Positions 10,099 through 19,079 of a stretch of 64,000 nucleotides of DNA are shown piece after piece. Position 1 is the first letter of the stretch; every line of letters starts with the position of its first letter. The DNA lies in IMG/VR virus record IMGVR_UViG_3300025154_000056, positions 40,341 through 104,340 of that record, one strand, 5' to 3'. The DNA comes from a virus (taxonomy: Duplodnaviria > Caudoviricetes). Both the position numbers and the translations under genes were made by a program. The notes beneath the pieces were generated by a model. The model searched no databases. It was not told the DNA's origin and worked only from the letters and a program-made list of their open reading frames with translations.

Positions 10099-10899
10099 AT
10101 GGCGTCCGTTATTCAGCTACCCTGCGCGATCAAAGACACTTCGGGTAATTGGACCCGAGAAGTAGAGCTGGACGAAATCACAGGCATTGAAGAAGACATT
10201 CTGGCTGACACTCGTATGGCGGCGGATGGCAGTGGGCTACCCGCGAAATCTGGGTCTGCCCGGATTACGGAGATTCTATCCCGCTGCACTATCCGCATTG
10301 GCAATTCTGTGAGGCCCGAGGGAATGGACCGATTCACCTCCCCGAAGTTCTTCGAGGAGTGCTGGTGGAATGCATACCTAGCTGACCGGTCCTACTCTGT
10401 TGTGCAATTGAGAAGGCTCTCATTAGGAGATGACTTCTCTTTCACGGAGAATTGCCCCGCGTGCAAACAGGAGATTCCAAACATCAGTGTGGATTTGTCT
10501 ACGTTGACTATCACCGAGGCAGACCAGGAGGCGGCTCGAAAGGCTGTGCACCCCCTGGAGCTGCCCTCCGGTAACACGTTCTCCTGGAGGATGTTCACGG
10601 GCAGGGATGAAGACAAGATTCACAGCATTCAGCGCAACCATCAGGAAGATATGAGGACAGCTCTATTGTTCTTGAGGTGCGTGCAGCTGAACGATCTGAC
10701 TAGCCCTGTTGAGATTCAAGAGACTATTCGACGTATGGGTATTCGTGATCGCACGACCATTCGTAACGCTATGTCGAAGGTCGAGGGCGGCATTGAGCAG
10801 GACCACAAGATCACGTGTCCTCACGCCATGTGCCACACGCAGTTCACGCTGCGGCTCGACCCAGGCAAACCGTCTTTTTTCTTCCCATCGGAAATCTGA
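10099..10899 (+). CDS. tail assembly chaperone (T4 gp26/baseplate-hub-assembly-like, Zn-ribbon CxxC)
   Basis: Between tube and tape measure; ITGIEEDIL, CPAC, CPHAMC, C-terminal SFFFP. Confidence 0.8.
   Translation: MASVIQLPCAIKDTSGNWTREVELDEITGIEEDILADTRMAADGSGLPAKSGSARITEILSRCTIRIGNSVRPEGMDRFTSPKFFEECWWNAYLADRSYSVVQLRRLSLGDDFSFTENCPACKQEIPNISVDLSTLTITEADQEAARKAVHPLELPSGNTFSWRMFTGRDEDKIHSIQRNHQEDMRTALLFLRCVQLNDLTSPVEIQETIRRMGIRDRTTIRNAMSKVEGGIEQDHKITCPHAMCHTQFTLRLDPGKPSFFFPSEI
10875..10881 (+). other. -1 programmed ribosomal frameshift slippery heptamer T TTT TTC
   Basis: In-frame TCT TTT TTC gives X XXY YYZ; the -1 frame stays open to 11123, just before the tape measure gene. Confidence 0.75.
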
Positions 10900-11123
10900 T
10901 TACACTGGAGTCGGACCTTTTAGCGCACTTGGATATATGGAACCAACCTATGGAAGTGACACGGAGGCTACCATACGGTCGTAGGCGCAGGGCGCTTAGA
11001 TGGAAGACCAAGATCCAGGAATACAAACGAAGTAAGATGCGCAACAAGGACGACTCACCTATCCAGCTAACGGGCGACGACATCAGATTCATTTGGGGCG
11101 ACCCGTCTAAGTACAAGTTCTAG
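10881..11123 (+). CDS. frameshift-extension segment of the tail assembly chaperone (gpGT/gpT equivalent)
   Basis: -1 frame ORF ...FLPIGNLITLESDLLAHLDIWNQPMEVTRRLPYGRRRR...; no SD or start of its own. Confidence 0.7.
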   Translation, partial: LPIGNLITLESDLLAHLDIWNQPMEVTRRLPYGRRRRALRWKTKIQEYKRSKMRNKDDSPIQLTGDDIRFIWGDPSKYKF

Positions 11124-11132
11124 GAGACAGCC

Positions 11133-13919
11133 ATGGACTCACTCGACCTTCCCATCATCTTCTCTGTGACTGGACCTGGGCAGGCCCAGCTTCGAGCCAT
11201 AGGGCAGGGGCTGAACATGATGGCTGCACAGGCTGGCATGGTCGGGTCAGCCACTGGCAAGTCTTCGCAAGTGATGGGTTTGTTTTCGGACAAAACCCAT
11301 TCCTCTGAGCTTCGTATGCTCCAAATGGCGCGTGCTGCGTTGTCCTTTCAGTACGCGTTCCAAGGTATGGCAAACGTAGGGACCGGGCTCATGGACATTG
11401 GTGTTGGCATCATGGAGGGCTTCCAGAACGCAGCCACACTGATGCTCGAAGAAATGGGTGAAGTGGAATTGTCCATCACCCGTATCGCGGCTTTGTCTAA
11501 CACCTCTCAGAAGGAAGCCCGAGTCACAGCTGAGAAGGTGTTGGATATTGCATTCCAGCTTCCTGGCACCATGAGGGACCTCACGAACCTCACTGCGAAC
11601 TTGGCAGAAGCTGGTCTCAATGCGACTACTGTTATTGGCACGTATGCAAGTCTCTCCCAAAAAGGGGCAGTCAATAAGGAGTCCTTGAAACTTGCTGAGG
11701 GGCTTACCAGTGAGGCAGAGAAGCAAGTGACCTTGGCCTCCTCCGTGGTCGACTTGGCTGCGGCTATGGGCGAGACCGGGTCTCGATTCAGTATGTTCCA
11801 ATATCTATTCTCTGATTACCTAAAGACAGGTCTGTCACAGAAGATTCGAGGACGTCTGACATTCGAGGCACGCGACGCCATCAGCAAGGAAGCAAAGAAA
11901 GGCGGCGGGTGGGATCCGAAGGCAGCAGTCGAGGGCTTCCTCAAGTATATGGGTACCAAGGGTTTGTTTGGCTCAGGTCTCATCGCAGCCCGTACATGGG
12001 AAGGTATCAAGGAGAAGTTTGCGGACCTCCCTCGATACTTTGCAAAGCTGATAGGTGGCATGCCCGGTACTGGAGGCATGTTCGATCAGTTGGTCAGTTC
12101 TCTGTATGAGATTCAGCAGCTTCTATTTCAGACGTTCGACGACCCGAAGTTTGCTAAGTCAATTCAAGGAGCCATCATTCCTGCGTTCAGGATAATGGTG
12201 GGAATCACGAAGCAACTGGCTGCAGCCTTAGGTGGTCTGTTCCAATTCATTGCTGAGTTCCCGATCCTAACAAAGCTTGCTGTCGCTCTTACTGGCGTCG
12301 CAGGAGTTGTGCTTACGTTCGTCGGAGCTGTCATAGCTTTGGTGGGGTCACTCGGAGCGTTCGCTGCTCTGATCATGCTTCTGTCTGATGTTATCCTCCC
12401 GGCCCTAGCCATAGCAATAGGAACTGTTGTAATAGGGTTTCAAGTCCTAGTCCCCATACTTGCTGTAGCCACTGCTGCTGGCGCCGCTTTCTACGCTGTG
12501 TGGACCTCCGACTTTGGGGGAATCAGAACCACAATACAGAACCTGTTTGTTCTTGGTTCTGCTCTCATGGAGGTAATTGAGAATCTTGATAAGTTTGGTG
12601 ATGGCTGGTCAGCCATTGAGGAAGACACCTTCAAGGATCTAGAAGACCAAGGTTTGCTAAACACATTCAGCAATATGGTCCAGTGGATTGCGCGAGCCCA
12701 TGAGGCGTACAAGACGTTCATGGGCACGTTCACCATGGGGTGGTCCAAAGCTGGAGGACTCGGGGAGCGATTCTCCAACGTGTGGGTCAGGCTCAGTGAA
12801 GCCATGCTTCGTGTAGGCACTGCTGTGCAGCAAGTACTTGTGGCTTTGAACCTAATCCCGGAGACGGGATCTGACTCAATGGACAACGCTGCTGAAGCAG
12901 GGCACGGGTTCGCTAATGCTCTACTCCGCATCCTGGATTTGGTCGCAAAGGTTTCTGAGGGATTTGCTGACTGGGTCGACGCTACTACAGGTGACGTGCC
13001 CAGGATGATGACCCAAATGAATCAGTTCTACTCATCGGTACTGATGATAAAGAACGCATTCGATATGCTAGTCGACTCTGCATTGATGTTCGGAGGCATG
13101 CTATTGATGGGGCTGGGCCCGGTCTTGGGAATGCTTGTGGCAATTACTGCAACAACTACCAGGTGGCTGTCTTTGATGGCTGCATTTGCTACAGGTGACT
13201 TCAAAGGCATTGGCAAGATCCTGGCAGGACCATCTATGGTGGACGACATGAAGCTAGGTATGGACATAGCTGGTGCGTTCAGCGGCATGGGCATGAAGGC
13301 TCTAGGGTACGGGATGACAGAGCTGCCCAAAGATGCAATGGAATTCAGAGACGCGCAATTGGCTATGGGCACTGGGCAGAATGCTGTTAGAGGGCGGGCA
13401 GACGACCTGGCTAACGACCCATTCTCTGTGGATAACATTGTTAGGCAGAACCGAAAGACAGGGTGGCTGCCTCAGTTCGACAAAAAGAACAAGGTTGTAT
13501 ACGAGGGAGACATGTACTCGTCTGCTGAGGGTAGCGTAGCTAATGCAGACATAGAGATGATGCGACAGTTGGGCCTGGCTCCGACAGCTGACGAAGTACC
13601 ATCGTCTGCGAAGTACGATATGGAGACTGGCGGTCAGATGAGTGCTGATGCTATTGAGAATGCTGTGCGCAACGGCATGACTGACAGTCTCATGAGCTTC
13701 GAGCAAAACAGGCAGTCCGTATATGTAACGTCCCCAGGTGCCGGTCAGCCAGTTGGCAGATCGATTACTAAAAGGGCTATTGAAGTCGTGCTGGAGTTGG
13801 ACGGTAGACAGCTATTGAAGAAGATCATCGATATCGCTGAGAACGAAGACGAGCGCGCTGACTACGCGGGTTATTTCTCAGGTGCAGGTATTCTGAATAA
13901 GCTGGCTGGAGGAGCATAA
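11133..13919 (+). CDS. tail tape measure protein
   Basis: 928 aa, Ala/Gly-rich helical, central hydrophobic block, YAVWTSDFGGIRT motif, C-terminal VVLELDGRQL. Confidence 0.88.
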   Translation: MDSLDLPIIFSVTGPGQAQLRAIGQGLNMMAAQAGMVGSATGKSSQVMGLFSDKTHSSELRMLQMARAALSFQYAFQGMANVGTGLMDIGVGIMEGFQNAATLMLEEMGEVELSITRIAALSNTSQKEARVTAEKVLDIAFQLPGTMRDLTNLTANLAEAGLNATTVIGTYASLSQKGAVNKESLKLAEGLTSEAEKQVTLASSVVDLAAAMGETGSRFSMFQYLFSDYLKTGLSQKIRGRLTFEARDAISKEAKKGGGWDPKAAVEGFLKYMGTKGLFGSGLIAARTWEGIKEKFADLPRYFAKLIGGMPGTGGMFDQLVSSLYEIQQLLFQTFDDPKFAKSIQGAIIPAFRIMVGITKQLAAALGGLFQFIAEFPILTKLAVALTGVAGVVLTFVGAVIALVGSLGAFAALIMLLSDVILPALAIAIGTVVIGFQVLVPILAVATAAGAAFYAVWTSDFGGIRTTIQNLFVLGSALMEVIENLDKFGDGWSAIEEDTFKDLEDQGLLNTFSNMVQWIARAHEAYKTFMGTFTMGWSKAGGLGERFSNVWVRLSEAMLRVGTAVQQVLVALNLIPETGSDSMDNAAEAGHGFANALLRILDLVAKVSEGFADWVDATTGDVPRMMTQMNQFYSSVLMIKNAFDMLVDSALMFGGMLLMGLGPVLGMLVAITATTTRWLSLMAAFATGDFKGIGKILAGPSMVDDMKLGMDIAGAFSGMGMKALGYGMTELPKDAMEFRDAQLAMGTGQNAVRGRADDLANDPFSVDNIVRQNRKTGWLPQFDKKNKVVYEGDMYSSAEGSVANADIEMMRQLGLAPTADEVPSSAKYDMETGGQMSADAIENAVRNGMTDSLMSFEQNRQSVYVTSPGAGQPVGRSITKRAIEVVLELDGRQLLKKIIDIAENEDERADYAGYFSGAGILNKLAGGA

Positions 13920-13921
13920 AG

Positions 13922-14557
13922 ATGACCGTTGTTTATGCAGGTAAGCTAGGTAATACCGGCACGCTGTCAGACCAGTACAAGGCAAGCGGTGTCTCATTCG
14001 GCCATACCAGTACTCCTGTGAAGGGTCGTATTGACGTACCTGACTACATTGGTGTCGGTATGCCCGGCTGGTACGCATTCATGTTCAATCCAGCAGAGGT
14101 AACAGAAAAGAAAGAAGTCAACTACGGAGAGACACCGGTACCAGGTGCGTCCCATCCTGTACACCAGTTTGGCAGCGGTGGGGCCAGAGTCATTTCATTT
14201 GACTTGTTTCTAGACGGAGACAGGGGAAAGTTCGCAGCTAAGAATAAGACGCAGAGTGTATTCACCATCGAGGAGATGGACAAGTACACTAGCGTCAAAC
14301 CTGACGTCTTGTACTGGCAGTCACTGATGCTACCCATGGAATACGGTAGAGACCAGTTTGCTAAAGTAAAACCCCCTCACGTCATATTCAACTTTGGGAA
14401 TCTGTACAAGAATGTGGTGTGCTTGGTGAAGCGAGCAGATCCTAGGTGGACGCATTTCAACCTACGAATGGTTCCTATTAGAGCCACTCTATCTGTTCAA
14501 CTGGACGAAGACATCGACCAAAGCATTACTGGGCCTGAGTTCTACAGGGCAGGGTAA
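13922..14557 (+). CDS. tube initiator / CIS tube-protein N-terminal domain protein (Afp7-like)
   Basis: FMFNPAEV, QFGSGGAR..SFDLFLD, PPHVIFNFG, PIRATLSVQLDE. Confidence 0.8.
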   Translation: MTVVYAGKLGNTGTLSDQYKASGVSFGHTSTPVKGRIDVPDYIGVGMPGWYAFMFNPAEVTEKKEVNYGETPVPGASHPVHQFGSGGARVISFDLFLDGDRGKFAAKNKTQSVFTIEEMDKYTSVKPDVLYWQSLMLPMEYGRDQFAKVKPPHVIFNFGNLYKNVVCLVKRADPRWTHFNLRMVPIRATLSVQLDEDIDQSITGPEFYRAG

Positions 14558-14561
14558 GAGC

Positions 14562-14882
14562 ATGATCTTCAAAGGCAGTAGGTGGGAGTCGGTAGACATG
14601 ATCCTGGTGATTGACCCAGCCACCAGGCAACCACTCACTCACGTCTACCCGGATCTGCGTCAGCGAGTCGTGGCGGGTGACAGTGAGGATAGGTTCATCA
14701 CACCCCAGGGTTTCGAGGCCCAGTGGCCTCAAATGGGTATTCGGTATTTATCTGATGCGAAGTCGTGGTGGGCCATAGCTGACCTATCAGATGTTGTAGA
14801 CCCATTCACTGAGATCAGCACGGAGACAGAGCTGCGTGTACCCAGCCAGCACAGGTTTTACTTCGAGCTTGTGAGTAAGTGA
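14562..14882 (+). CDS. LysM/tail-X-like baseplate protein
   Basis: RYLSDAKSWWAIADLSDVVDPF...LRVPS. Confidence 0.75.
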   Translation: MIFKGSRWESVDMILVIDPATRQPLTHVYPDLRQRVVAGDSEDRFITPQGFEAQWPQMGIRYLSDAKSWWAIADLSDVVDPFTEISTETELRVPSQHRFYFELVSK

Positions 14883-16255
14883 TGGGACGCCCTATCAGAG
14901 TATACAATGATGTCTATCAGCCCAGGCTATTCCTGGATGCTGGTAGCGACAAAGTGGATAAGGACCTAGCTGCGGCCCTAGAGTCTGCTGTGTATCAATT
15001 TGAGTACCTGGAAGGTGATAGCAAAATAGCTGAGGCTAAATTCAGTATCGAGAATAAAGCCATGAGGTTCTTGGAGGGTGAGTTCGCGGACAAGTTGTCG
15101 CAGGCTGGGCTTGTGTTCAACTTCCGGTTCGGCTACCCAGGTAGACTCACTCCTATTCGACGAGCTGTATTGACTAAAGCAAAACCTTCTTTCCCACAAC
15201 AGGGCATGCCCACACTTGAGCTAGTGGCTTACGACCCCAGAGTCACCATGCAGTTGGCTACTCCTAAGACGTGGGGCAAGGTGTCCTCAAGTGAGGTAGC
15301 AGTCAAGCTAGCAGAGGAGTGGGGCCTTCTTACGGAGGTTGAGGATTCTGGGGATAGGGGGGAAGACTCAAAGGTACAGCCCGCGAGTCTTTCTGACATA
15401 GAGTACCTGCGTAAGCTGGCTGTGGGTATCGGGTTCGAGTGCTATGTAGAAGACGGTGTTTTGCATTTTCATTCACCTAGACTAGATGCTGTACCTAGTT
15501 TTGATTTTGACTACTTCTCTGATGCCAGATCTACAGTGCTGACATTCGACCCACAGGTGAAGATGGGCCCACCCTCTACTAACATAGCGAGTGCTAAACC
15601 AAAAGATGGCACCGCTAATGAAGCTGCGGCGGTTAGGAGGGAGATTAGACTTCACGCTGTGCACGTGGAGCGAGGGGCTATTTACGGTGGGGCGGCTGAG
15701 GCTAGGAAATCAGAACGTATGAATTCTGATCCAACTGTGGATGAGAATACCGCTAAGAAAAAGGCGGCGGCTGTTCGTCTGAAGCTAGACATGAAGGCCA
15801 TTGAGGCCAGTGCGACTGTGATTGGGGAACCTGGGCTTAGGGCGTACACTACGATCAACATCTTTGGTGTAGGTACGTACTCTGGTAGGTGGTATGTCAA
15901 AGAAGTGCGCCATGTGATCAAAGCAAAAGGAAATGACATATACGTGTGTCATCTGTCACTCACGCGCACCAACCTATTGGCTGTGAAGAAGCAAAAAGAA
16001 GACGAGAAAAAGAAGAAGGATGCTGAGGCTGAGGCCAGGGCTAAGGGTGAGGCTGTGAATTTAGTCAAGGTGAATACACCTACTGGTAGTGTGTACGTCA
16101 ACAGACCAGGCGTGTCGTCTATGTCGGTTGGTACGGCCACACCTGTTACAGCCACGAACTACAGCACAGGTGATCCTGGCGTACCACCAGGCACTGTATC
16201 GACTGTGATACCGATCATGTCCAGCGAGTACACCGTACCAAAGTCAGGGTTGTGA
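14879..16255 (+). CDS. baseplate hub protein (late control D / gp27-like)
   Basis: FRFGYPG, SDIEYLRKLA..GFECYVEDGVLHF, GEPGLRA, YSGRWYVKEVRH. Confidence 0.85.
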   Translation: MMGRPIRVYNDVYQPRLFLDAGSDKVDKDLAAALESAVYQFEYLEGDSKIAEAKFSIENKAMRFLEGEFADKLSQAGLVFNFRFGYPGRLTPIRRAVLTKAKPSFPQQGMPTLELVAYDPRVTMQLATPKTWGKVSSSEVAVKLAEEWGLLTEVEDSGDRGEDSKVQPASLSDIEYLRKLAVGIGFECYVEDGVLHFHSPRLDAVPSFDFDYFSDARSTVLTFDPQVKMGPPSTNIASAKPKDGTANEAAAVRREIRLHAVHVERGAIYGGAAEARKSERMNSDPTVDENTAKKKAAAVRLKLDMKAIEASATVIGEPGLRAYTTINIFGVGTYSGRWYVKEVRHVIKAKGNDIYVCHLSLTRTNLLAVKKQKEDEKKKKDAEAEARAKGEAVNLVKVNTPTGSVYVNRPGVSSMSVGTATPVTATNYSTGDPGVPPGTVSTVIPIMSSEYTVPKSGL

Positions 16256-16845
16256 TGCCTTACTACGGCAAATACAAAGCGTTCGTTAGAGACAATGACG
16301 ACCCAACTAGTAGGGGTCGTCTTCGTCTTTATTGCCCCCAGGTGATGGGAATGTCCGACAACCCAGATCAGTGGCTACCGTGGGCTGAGCCCATGTTCCC
16401 TTGGATGGGCGGACTATCTACAATTGATTTTGGTGTACCACCGACACCAAATCAAACAGATAGTAAACGAGACGAGTATGTCGTGTGGGTAGAGTTCGAG
16501 GCGGGTGATCCAGCCTACCCTCTATGGGTAGGTGTGACTCCTATTGCTCCGACCACAGCGGCTGAGACCACTCAGATGAAACCTGAGGATGCAGTAGGTA
16601 GGCACGGCGGTACGCTAATCGATGACCCACCAACTGGTGCTTTGGTAGGCCCACTGAACGAGCCAGCCCCTCTGGTTCCAGAAAGAGAGACTCGAATTCT
16701 TGCGAAGAAGGGGCGTGATATCATCATCGGGTCAAAGGGCGGTGGGTATCTCCTGCTAGGGCCCAGCGGAGCACATCTAGTAGGTGTCTTCGTAACTGTG
16801 AACGGCAAGATAATTGAGGCTGACCCCTCCCAACCAGTGGGATAG
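16252..16845 (+). CDS. baseplate spike, gpV/gp5 OB-fold
   Basis: YYGKYKAFVRDNDDP..RGRLRL, WAEP, VWVEFEAGDPAYPLWVG. Confidence 0.88.
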   Translation: MMPYYGKYKAFVRDNDDPTSRGRLRLYCPQVMGMSDNPDQWLPWAEPMFPWMGGLSTIDFGVPPTPNQTDSKRDEYVVWVEFEAGDPAYPLWVGVTPIAPTTAAETTQMKPEDAVGRHGGTLIDDPPTGALVGPLNEPAPLVPERETRILAKKGRDIIIGSKGGGYLLLGPSGAHLVGVFVTVNGKIIEADPSQPVG

Positions 16846-16847
16846 AC

Positions 16848-18644
16848 ATGGCGCGAAACATCTGCATGGGTCCGTGTGATCTTAGCGTCTCTACATATAA
16901 GAGCTTTACGTTTCCTGTTCCAGGATTCCCTCCAGGTTACGGAGTGAAGGCACCAGCGTCGATGTCGTTTGAGGCTGACTGTGAAGGCTGTAGCCTCAGT
17001 GCGAACTTCCTCCTAATGATTCAGCCTCTAATGCTGAGCCTGGGCCTGCCCCTGTGTTTGCTTACCTGCCTCCTCGCTATGGTAGGCGTGGCACAGAAGC
17101 TAGTGGGTCAGGATGGGGCGCACGCTGTACTCAACGCTGACCCGACGCTGAAGATCACCCTGGACCCGAGTCTGCAGATACCTTTCTTCAATTTCGAGGC
17201 CATTGCTAAGGACTATACAGACGACCCGTCCTTGATCAAGCGCATCGTCAAGGTCCTGGTAGATTGTGCATGTCTATTTGACCTGCTTCTTCCATTCAAG
17301 TGGATCTGCATGATCAAAGCGTTGGTTATGGTGGTAATTGCTCTAGTCAATTGTGTCATCAGCTTACTCAACCACCTGATTACGCTGGAGCTGCGACTGT
17401 CTTTGATGCTGTCTGACCCAGACATTAGCATCCAAAAGTCTGCAGTGTGTTTGGCAGGATTCATTCAAGTAGAGACTTCCAATTTGGCAGTCAAGCTGGA
17501 CGTCATCACGCAGCTATTCAAGCTAGTGGACTTGGTGTTCAAGATTCTGACTCCCTTAGGCGTCCCTACACCCCCGGGTCTGGCTGACGTGCAGATAGCA
17601 ATAGATGCCATCGTCAATATGATTGGTAACAACCCAGTCACCGCCACACTACTGACTGCGTTGCAGCAACTCAAAGGCGCATTAGAGGTTCTCTATTGTG
17701 CCTTGAATGCTATGTCGTTTGGGCTATGCCCAATGGAGTTGGATTGTAGTGCTTGTGGTGCGGCTAACACCTCTGGCTTCCAAGCGTCGTGGGATGGGGC
17801 ATTCCCTGTGGCGTTTGCGGACGGAGAGTTCTTCGAGGCTGAGGTAGATGGAGCCCCTGTAGGTACCGTTACCATCCTAGGGCAGAGGGCTACAGCAATC
17901 GGTGCTGGTGCGACGTACGTCATCCCGCCCACCTCAGTGACCGTGGGTCTGCAGCCAGCAGGCAATACATTTGAGGTTGATTCGGTAGTGGGCTGGTCCG
18001 TGGGTGATGCTGTTGTGGTGAAGGACGGCGTCTATGTCCTGCGCACCACCATTGCATCTACCTCCCTGTTGCCTGATACCATCGAGCTGAATGCGGTTAC
18101 TACGCAAGCGCTGTCCAATGGGGCACAGTTTATCAAACCAGCCAGGCTATACATCGACATCAGCACTCCTAGCGGAACCAATACGTACAGCACTACGTTT
18201 GACGTTGAGAGTAATCAGGTCGAGTTCATCAACGCAATCAACAGCAACCTAATTGGTGCTGTGGCTCAGGCAGAGGGGGCAGAGATTCGCATTTCTACAG
18301 AAGGGTACGGCTCTGCCTACGCTGGGCTAGTGCATGGTACGGCTAACCCTGTACCGTCTAGTGCTAATGCTACCATGGCTATTGGATACTTCGGGGCAGG
18401 AGACTTCACGCTGATAAACCCAGGCCCCAATACTGTAGCAGATCTGAACTCTGTGCTGTCGTCAGAAATAAAGGCGTTGTTTGACGCAGCTTTCCCAGGG
18501 TCTACTGTTACAGATAACACTAGCAGCATTGTGTGGGCCTCGGATTCGACTGGGTCAGGATCCTGTGTCCGTATGGTGACTGGCTCTACTGGTACAAATA
18601 AGATTGGTTTTGATTGGGCCTCACATTGTGGCACCCAATGCTAA
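16848..18644 (+). CDS. virion protein: hydrophobic Cys-rich N-terminal half plus domains paralogous to the sheath insert
   Basis: Between spike and gp25; C-terminal half aligns by eye with sheath residues ~123-325. Confidence 0.7.
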   Translation: MARNICMGPCDLSVSTYKSFTFPVPGFPPGYGVKAPASMSFEADCEGCSLSANFLLMIQPLMLSLGLPLCLLTCLLAMVGVAQKLVGQDGAHAVLNADPTLKITLDPSLQIPFFNFEAIAKDYTDDPSLIKRIVKVLVDCACLFDLLLPFKWICMIKALVMVVIALVNCVISLLNHLITLELRLSLMLSDPDISIQKSAVCLAGFIQVETSNLAVKLDVITQLFKLVDLVFKILTPLGVPTPPGLADVQIAIDAIVNMIGNNPVTATLLTALQQLKGALEVLYCALNAMSFGLCPMELDCSACGAANTSGFQASWDGAFPVAFADGEFFEAEVDGAPVGTVTILGQRATAIGAGATYVIPPTSVTVGLQPAGNTFEVDSVVGWSVGDAVVVKDGVYVLRTTIASTSLLPDTIELNAVTTQALSNGAQFIKPARLYIDISTPSGTNTYSTTFDVESNQVEFINAINSNLIGAVAQAEGAEIRISTEGYGSAYAGLVHGTANPVPSSANATMAIGYFGAGDFTLINPGPNTVADLNSVLSSEIKALFDAAFPGSTVTDNTSSIVWASDSTGSGSCVRMVTGSTGTNKIGFDWASHCGTQC

Positions 18645-18653
18645 GGAGGCGGA

Positions 18654-19079
18654 ATGGCTACTTCAATGTTTGGTCGTGGCCCAGCGTACCCGTTCCGAAA
18701 GGATCTAACTGGAGCCCGAGCTTTGGTGGTGAGTGAAGAGGAGAATGTACTCTCTTGTATTCGTCACATCATCAAGACTCCCATGTACTCTCGTCCGTTC
18801 ACTGCAAAGAACGGGGTGCTATTTGGTACTAGAATCCAGAGAGCCTTGTTCGAGCCAGAAGAGACAGCAGAATCTATTGCTGTGTATGACGTGACTAACG
18901 CTCTTGCTGTATGGGAGCCCAGGATCATCGTCACCAGCGTGACCGCTGGGTGGGCCAACTCTGGCATCAAGAACAGGCGTGCTTTGGTAGTCACAGTCTT
19001 TTTTGTATTCAGAAAGACAAATAGACCTGACAATCTTGTGGTCCCTTTCTATCAGGGATCCGGTAGGGAGGCTGCGTAA
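18654..19079 (+). CDS. baseplate wedge protein gp25/GPW
   Basis: GRGPAYPF, FGTRIQRALFEP, WEPRI, NLVVPFY. Confidence 0.9.
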   Translation: MATSMFGRGPAYPFRKDLTGARALVVSEEENVLSCIRHIIKTPMYSRPFTAKNGVLFGTRIQRALFEPEETAESIAVYDVTNALAVWEPRIIVTSVTAGWANSGIKNRRALVVTVFFVFRKTNRPDNLVVPFYQGSGREAA

